A stretch of 14,031 bases of DNA, taken from assembly GCF_006345805.1 (NCBI RefSeq), contig NW_021826021.1, positions 1 to 14,031 on the forward strand, in the 5' to 3' direction. The DNA comes from Octopus sinensis. Lineage: Eukaryota. The translations under genes and the position numbers were made by a program. Positions 7,728 to 14,031 of the stretch are shown piece by piece (the stretch's first letter is position 1; the number at the start of each line of letters is the position of its first letter). Under the pieces are notes generated by a model. The model was not told the origin of the DNA. It saw only the letters and a list, made by a program, of their open reading frames with translations, and did no database searches.

Positions 7728-7756
7728 GTGAGGCTTATACACTGGCAATTACGGTA
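7728..7756 (-). mobile_element. Right TIR plus TA target site of the pogo-like element
   Basis: Minus strand reads TA-CCGTAATTGCCAGTGTATAAGCCTCAC, the CCGTA-type terminus typical of POGK-like pogo elements, about 350 bp after the ORF end. No matching left TIR found. Confidence 0.7.
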
Positions 7757-7869
7757 CTTGTACACAAGAATTTAAGAATAAAAAATAACAGTGAACTGCA
7801 AAGATTTATTCATGCGTTTCTTTAAATATGTCTGCCCGACTCAACTTGTGGAAAAAAAACCGTATTTTA

Positions 7870-8345
7870 TTGTTCATCAGCTCAACATTTCTAACAAACA
7901 AACACATGTCTGAATAGGGGATCTTGCATGCATGAAGTGGATTCGATCCACCATAACTAAATTTAAACTAACGGTGCAACAGATCTTTCCACATAGTAGA
8001 ACAATGGTTTTTCTGTGACAGCAGTTTTACATTTTCCAGATGCCTTTAGCTAGTCCGAAATAATGTCTTCATCACTTGACCCTTTCTAACCTATTCTACA
8101 TCACCAAAAGCTAGAATATGGATAACAAGAGCACCAACTAAATCTATTGTTCTCAATGATATATCTATCCTTCTGGATAACGCAAGGATACCCAAGCAAA
8201 AATCAGTCGGTGACGACGCAACTTGTCCAGTCATATGGTGACGACTCAATCAGTTAGTCACTTTGGTGACAACGAAGTCTGGCTGACCACCTAGAACCTT
8301 GGTCAGAGCGAGAAATGAAGTTTACTGTCAGCAACTGTGAGGCAA
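7870..8345 (+). pseudogene. Very degraded CR1-type LINE reverse transcriptase remnant
   Basis: Motif-like pieces in the expected order across frames: ISNKQ(H), AVLHFPDAF (cf. LDFSKAF), WI...IVLND...IP, YGDD at 8234-8245, and DHLEPWSEREMKFTVSNCE at 8285-8341 (cf. L..WS..W.MKFNVSKC). Weak individually. Confidence 0.4.
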
Positions 8346-8440
8346 CACGCTACAACTCCACTAGCTCTAATTCTGTTTTCTTACGACATCATTCTATCTC
8401 TCTCGGTAATTACTACTAAACAATGAAAAGGACACAAGCA

Positions 8441-8528
8441 CAAACTTTATATCGCATGCTTTTGATCTATTATAACCTGTTCGTCGAACAGGTTATAATA
8501 GATCAAAAATCATGCGATATAAAGTTTG
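8441..8528. repeat. 88-bp near-perfect palindrome with a 1-nt centre
   Basis: 8441-8483 pairs with 8485-8528 with one mismatch and one indel. Centre is T8484. Confidence 0.92.
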
Positions 8529-8655
8529 CCTCGATTCTGTATTCATATCTGAAGCGTTCTTCCTTTTCAATTTCACGGCTCGGTCACATTGAGTTTTGTA
8601 CACCTCAAAAGCTGCAGTCGAATCCAGATTTTTGAATTCAGCCCAAGCAATATCT
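8524..8655 (-). mobile_element. Inverted duplicate of part of the adjacent CR1-type LINE fragment
   Basis: Reverse complement of 8925-9057. Minus-strand translation DIAWAEFKNLDSTAAFEVYKTQ matches plus-strand DIAWAELKNLDSTAAFKVYKTQ. Confidence 0.88.
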
Positions 8656-8840
8656 GAATATTTATTTACCGTTACGTTACAATTCGTAATGGTAAATAAA
8701 TATTCCTTCAAATTTCATGCATTGTTCATCTTTCACATCCTACAGTATGCAATTATATATAATTTTTATCGTTACAACTGCTAACTCCGACAATAAAATA
8801 ATATTGTTTACTAATCGATTTCCTCCAGCTACATATATAT

Positions 8841-9270
8841 TTAGTTCCCGTTGGGCTTCCCAAGAAGAAGAAGAAACACAAGCCCTGGCTGACGAAGAAG
8901 GTTTAAACGAGAACTTCAACTCAGAGATATTGCTTGGGCTGAATTAAAAAATCTGGATTCGACTGCAGCTTTTAAGGTGTACAAAACTCAACGTGACCGA
9001 GCCGTGAAAATTGAAAAGGAAGAACGCTTCAGATATGAATGCGGAATCGCGGCAAACGCCAGTAGCAATCCAAAAACCTTATTTGCCCATGTCCAACGGA
9101 ATTCCCGCTTGAGCAACCAAATTGCAACGTTGGTAGACTCAACAGGCGTATCGATTGAGGACCCTTATCAACAGAGTCAATTATTTGCCGAGGCTTTTTC
9201 AACTATTTTCAAACAAGATGATGGTTTTGAACCCCCTCCATTTGATAGATCAGTACCTCCAATGCTTTGA
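8841..9270 (+). pseudogene. CR1/L2-clade LINE ORF2 fragment (endonuclease-RT linker)
   Basis: LVP...KKHKPWLTKKV(fs)KRELQLRDIAWAEL...YKTQRDRAVK...YECGIAANASSNPKTLFAHV...IATLVDSTG...QLFAEAFSTIFKQDD matches the PW..YK..R...YE..A...NPK.F...F.SVF..D pattern of CR1-type linkers. Confidence 0.8.
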
Positions 9271-9435
9271 TTGGTCATGATCGTGATTTCTGCGTGAGCC
9301 TTGATCTGTTGATGTTTTCTGATTGACCGATCCAATCTCTGATAGGTTGTCACAAACACATATTCTTCCTTCTTGTTAGTCATCTTCCTGTCGTTGTAAA
9401 GAATAGCTAGTCAAAGATTTTCGTCGTGAACTAAT

Positions 9436-9724
9436 GCTGAAATAAATATTCTGTACGAAGAAGTATGCAGCACTCGACAAATTGGTGAAAGATTAAAACT
9501 GACACAGAGAACTGTTTCAAAGTCAATAAACAACTCGAAACCCATTTAAAATATGGATTTGATATGCGTACAGATCGCCCCCAAATCTCTACCAAGCGAA
9601 TGGATGACGCTATCATTGTAGACAGTTTACCAGAAAGTCTTCCGAAGCTATTCAAGCTGGTTGAACGCAAGAAGACAAGGTTCCTAACCAAAGAACAATT
9701 CGTAGAAGAGTATTTGATGCCGGC
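9436..9724 (+). pseudogene. Tc1-family transposase N-terminal (paired-like HTH) remnant
   Basis: Across frameshifts: AEII.LYEEVCSTRQIGERLKLTQRTVSKSI...RTDRPQISTKRMDDAII...SSEAIQAG...RTIRRRVFDAG, matching Tc1 S.RQIA..L..S..TV / R.GRP..T / RTIRRRL..AG motifs. Confidence 0.75.
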
Positions 9725-9819
9725 AGTATTCGGGTTGAGTGCTTCTCTGGAAATATCCCTACTTCATTCGCAGCTGGCTTTAGTACATACATACACACAT
9801 ACATACATACATACATACA

Positions 9820-9984
9820 GGCGCAGGAGTGGCTGTGTGGGAAGCAGTTTGCTTAAAAACCACTTGGTTCCGGGTTCAGTCCCACTGCATGGCATCTTGG
9901 GCAAGTGTCTTCTGCTATAGCCTCGGGCCGACCAAAGCCTTGTGAATGGATTTGGTAGACGGAAACTGAAAAAAGCCTGTCGTA

Positions 9985-10047
<63 letters not shown>

Positions 10048-10255
10048 CTGTGTTTGTCCACCTAGCATTGCTTGACAACCGATGCTGGTGTGTTTACATA
10101 CCCGTCACTTAGCGGTCCAGTAACAGAGACCGATAGAATAAGTACTGGGCTTACAAAGAATAACTCCCGGGGTCGATTTGCTGGACTAAAGGCGGTGCTC
10201 CAGCATGGCCGCAGTCAAGCGACTGAAACCAGTAAAAGAGTAAAGAGGAAGAGTA
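9820..10255 (+). mobile_element. Full-length CORE-type SINE (copy A, second block)
   Basis: A-box and B-box head, CORE-like motif, internal (TA)n(TG)n, 3' tail. Its 3' half is nearly identical to 1-276. Confidence 0.9.
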
Positions 10256-10788
10256 TACATACATATATACATATAGATATATATAGATATACATACATAC
10301 AGATATACATACATACATACACACACATACATACATACAGATACACATATACATACATACACACATACATACAGATGTGCATACGCACATACAGATGTAC
10401 ATACATACATACATACATACATACATACATACATAAAGATATACATACATACATACAGTTATACATACATACAGTTATACGTATATACAGATATACATAC
10501 ATACACATACATACACATACATACATGCATACATATGCACATACACACATACTTACATACATACATACATACATACACACATACATACATATATACATAC
10601 AGTTATACATACATACAGATATACATACATACACATATATACATACATGCATACACACATACGTACATACATACATAAAGATATACATACATACATACAT
10701 ACATACATACATAAAGATATACATACATACATACATACAGATGTACATACATACATTACATACATACATATATATACATACCTACATA
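10256..10788. repeat. Compound (TACA)n microsatellite
   Basis: Counterpart of 277-790. Confidence 0.95.
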
Positions 10789-11358
10789 AAACAACAAAAA
10801 GCTTATTCTGAGAAATCTACTTGTAATTCTGAATAAATTTAATTGGCAAGTGAGAAGTGGGTCAAGTCATGCATTTGAGGAATACTGCACCCTGAATAAC
10901 CCCCACCCTAACGACACACAGAAAAGCAAATTTTTCTCATGTAACCAGATAAGAGGATTTCTATACACATTCCGGTGTGCCATGTGTGTATGTTGTAGTT
11001 AGATATATGCGTGTGTATGTTGTAGTTTGTATGTTGATGGGTTTATGTATGTGTGTGCTATAGTGTGTATGTCTAGGTATGTGTGGGTGTTACCCAGTTT
11101 AGATAAAATTCAGCAAGTTTCAATTGCGTCATTCAGTCTATTTCCATGGCAACATCCTGTTTCTAAAGTAAAATGGCCAATCAGAACCTGAAATGCTAAT
11201 GATGAAAATCTAGTTTATATTTTCTAAGAATTTCAAGCAAGTAAATATCAGATATTTACATATCCCTACTTCATTCCCAGCTGGCTTTAGTTCATACATA
11301 CATACATACATACATACATACATAAACACATACATACATACACACATACATACATACA

Positions 11359-11781
11359 GGCGCAGGAGTGGCTGTGTGGTAAGTAGTTTGCTTAACAACC
11401 ACATGGTCCCGGGTTCAATCCCACTGCGTGGCATCTTAGGCAAGCGTCTTCTGCTATAGCCCCGGGCCGACCAAAACCTTGTGAGTGGATTTGGTAGACG
11501 GAAACTGAAAGAAGCCTGTCGTATATATGTATATTATATATATATATATGTATGTGTGTATATGTTTGGGTGTCTGTGTTTGTCACCCTAGCATTGCTTG
11601 ACAACCGATGCTGGTGTGTTTACATACCCCTCACTTAGCGGTTCGGCAAAAGATACCGATAGAATAAGTACTGGGCTTACAAAGAATAACTCACTGGGTC
11701 TATTTGCTCGACTAAAGGTGGTGCTCTAGCATGGCCGCAGTCAAATGACTGAAACAATTAAATGAGTAAAGAGTAAGAGTA
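11359..11781 (+). mobile_element. CORE-type SINE copy B (second block)
   Basis: Near-identical to 1360-1786. Confidence 0.9.
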
Positions 11782-11844
11782 TAATACATACATACATACA
11801 TATAGATAGACATACATACAGAAATATATACATACATATAGATA

Positions 11845-11876
<32 letters not shown>

Positions 11877-11935
11877 GATATACAGAATACATTCATACAT
11901 ACAGATGTACATACATACATACCCACATACATACA

Positions 11936-11967
<32 letters not shown>

Positions 11968-12150
11968 GATATACATACAGAAATATATACGTACATATAG
12001 ATATACATACATACATACATACATATAGATATACAGAATACATTCATACATACAGATGTACATACATACATACATACATATAGATATACATACATACATA
12101 CATACATACATATAGATATACATACATACATACATACATACATATAGATA

Positions 12151-12182
<32 letters not shown>

Positions 12183-12760
12183 GATATACATACATACATA
12201 CATACATACATACATACATACATACAGATATACGTACATACTTAGACACATACATACACACAAAAAGATATACAGACATACATTCATACATACATTCATA
12301 TAGATATACATACATACATACATTCGGATATACACACATACATTAATACATACATACATACACACCTACACACATACGTACATTCATACATACAGATATA
12401 CTTACATGCATACAGATATACATACAAACACACATACAAACACACATACATACATACATACACACATACATACATAGATACATACATACATACATACATA
12501 CACATACATACATACATATATACATATATACATACACACATACATGCTTACATACATACATACACACATACATGCATACATACATACATACATACATAAT
12601 TACATACATACATACATACACACGAACACATACATACATACACACATACACACATACGTACATACATACATACATACACACAAACACATACCTACATACA
12701 CACATACACACATACGTACACACATACACACATACATACATGCACACATACATACATACA
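11782..12760. repeat. Compound (TACA)n microsatellite containing the empty site of the foldback element
   Basis: Joins the sequences of 1787-2013 and 3919-4683 through a single GATATACA at 12000-12007. Confidence 0.92.
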
Positions 12761-13020
12761 GGCGCAGGAGTGGCTGTGTGGTAAGTAGTTTGCTTAACAA
12801 CCACATGGTTCCGGGTTCAGTCCCACTGCGTGGCATCTTGGGCAAGTGTCTTCTGCTATAGCCCCGGGTCGACCAAAGCCTTGTGAGTGGATTTGGTAGA
12901 CGGAAACTGAAAGAAGCCTGTCGATATATATATATATAATATATAATATAATTATATATATATTATATGTGTGTGTATGTTTGTGTGTCTGTGTTTGTCA
13001 CCCTAGCATTCCTTGACAAC
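12761..13020 (+). mobile_element. CORE-type SINE copy C (second block), uninterrupted, 3'-truncated
   Basis: Equals 4684-4880 joined to 5813-5873, without the 4881-5812 insertion. Confidence 0.9.
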
Positions 13021-13025
13021 ATACA

Positions 13026-13059
<34 letters not shown>

Positions 13060-13324
13060 CATACATATATACAGAAGTTTTAATAGCGTCATTCTGTCTA
13101 TTTCCATGGCAACAAAGTTGCATGTTTCTCAACCAATCTCTTTTCATTTTTTTTGTCTAAATCCCTTTTCAAAAGTAAAACGGCCAATCAGAATCTGAAA
13201 TACTCGTGCAGTTTTGCATGCTCAAGATGAAAATCTAGTTTACATTTTCTAAGAATTTCAAGCAATTAAATTTCAGATATTTTAGCCAATTAGAAACTCG
13301 ATTTCCGATCTTGTTTGCCTTCAA

Positions 13325-13543
13325 CCGTCGAGCTGACGAAATTTTTGGACGCCTAGAAAAATGCCTAGCGGCATTTTGTCCGTTTCAGAGTTCTGTCTTG
13401 AAATTCCGCCTAGGTTGAATATGCCTTTCATTGTTTTGGGTGTCACCAAATTAAGTACCAGTTCAATAATGAGATCGATGTAGTAGAATTAACCACTGCC
13501 CCAAATTTCTTGACTAGTGCCAAATCTTGAAAGCAATAACAAT
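13325..13543 (+). mobile_element. Second-family tRNA-SINE (second block)
   Basis: Near-identical to 6249-6468. Confidence 0.75.
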
Positions 13544-13744
13544 AGGCACAAGACCTGAAATTTTGGGGGCATGGGTCCTTCGATTACTTCGACGCCACAA
13601 CTTGACTGGTACTTAATGTGTCATCCTCGAAAGGATGAAGAGCAACGTTGACCCTGGCGGTATTTGAAGGCAGAACTTTGAGACGGACGAAATGCCGCTA
13701 AGCACTTTTGCCTGGTGTCCTAACGTTTCTGCCAGATGGCAGCC
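13544..13744 (-). mobile_element. Second-family tRNA-SINE, minus strand (second block)
   Basis: Near-identical to 6469-6668. Confidence 0.8.
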
Positions 13745-13774
13745 GTAGTAGTAGTAGAAAGAACTATTTCTGAG

Positions 13775-14031
13775 AAAGGGGAGAAGACAATAGAAATCGT
13801 CACGAAGGGCCACTAGAAAGTCGGTTTTACGATGATCCTGGCTTGCACGGCTGATAGGGGAAAGCTGCTACCGTAGGTCATTTTTAAGAGGAAGATACTA
13901 TCCAAGACGCCAAGTTTCAGGAAGGGGATCATTGTTGAAGCCTACGCGAAAGCTTGGATAGGCGAGGCACTCATCGAGGACTGGTTTCTTGTAGTGTGGG
14001 TTCGGCGCATCAGTGGACTGCATCAGAGAAG
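13775..14031 (+). pseudogene. pogo-like transposase pseudogene (second block, runs off window)
   Basis: One frame reads KGEKTIEIVTKGH*KVGFTMILACTADRGKLLP*VIFKRKILSKTPSFRKGIIVEAYAKAWIGEALIEDWFLVVWVRRISGLHQR. Confidence 0.88.

Larger units (their letters stand above)
9989..14031 (+). repeat. Second copy of a large direct duplication (matches 1-6947 minus the two insertions)
   Basis: Colinear anchors 90/10072, 1360/11359, 4684/12761, 6249/13325 and 6947/14031. Differences are sparse substitutions, homopolymer indels, microsatellite lengths and two TE insertions. Confidence 0.95.

Overview
Eukaryotic, repeat-dense, non-genic DNA. The SINE families and (TACA)n tracts are the ones I recall from Octopus (coleoid cephalopod) genomes; this assignment is from memory, not a search. 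No intact host gene is visible, and the long HTYI/MYVC ORFs are microsatellite translations. The window holds two near-identical copies of one block (1-6947 and about 9989-14031). Copy 1 carries two insertions that copy 2 lacks, so both filled and empty sites are visible. (1) A 1,905-bp foldback DNA element (2014-3918) has about 600-bp modular inverted arms, GG termini and an 8-bp TSD (GATATACA). (2) A ~930-bp non-coding element (about 4881-5812) sits in a SINE's (TA)n/(TG)n junction. It is built as a 600-bp unit, a partial tandem copy and an inverted 5' piece. On the minus strand it carries a complete type I hammerhead ribozyme motif (5176-5280) with all core nucleotides, a 2-bp stem III closed by a palindromic GTAC loop, and a long AU-rich stem II. 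This fits a non-autonomous Penelope-like/retrozyme-like element and is the most interesting signal. The rest is CORE-type and second-family tRNA-SINEs, decayed pogo (DD35D-like), Tc1 and CR1-type remnants, an 88-bp palindrome, a repeated RFX X-box/CCAAT-like module and an older nested ~1.5-kb duplication.
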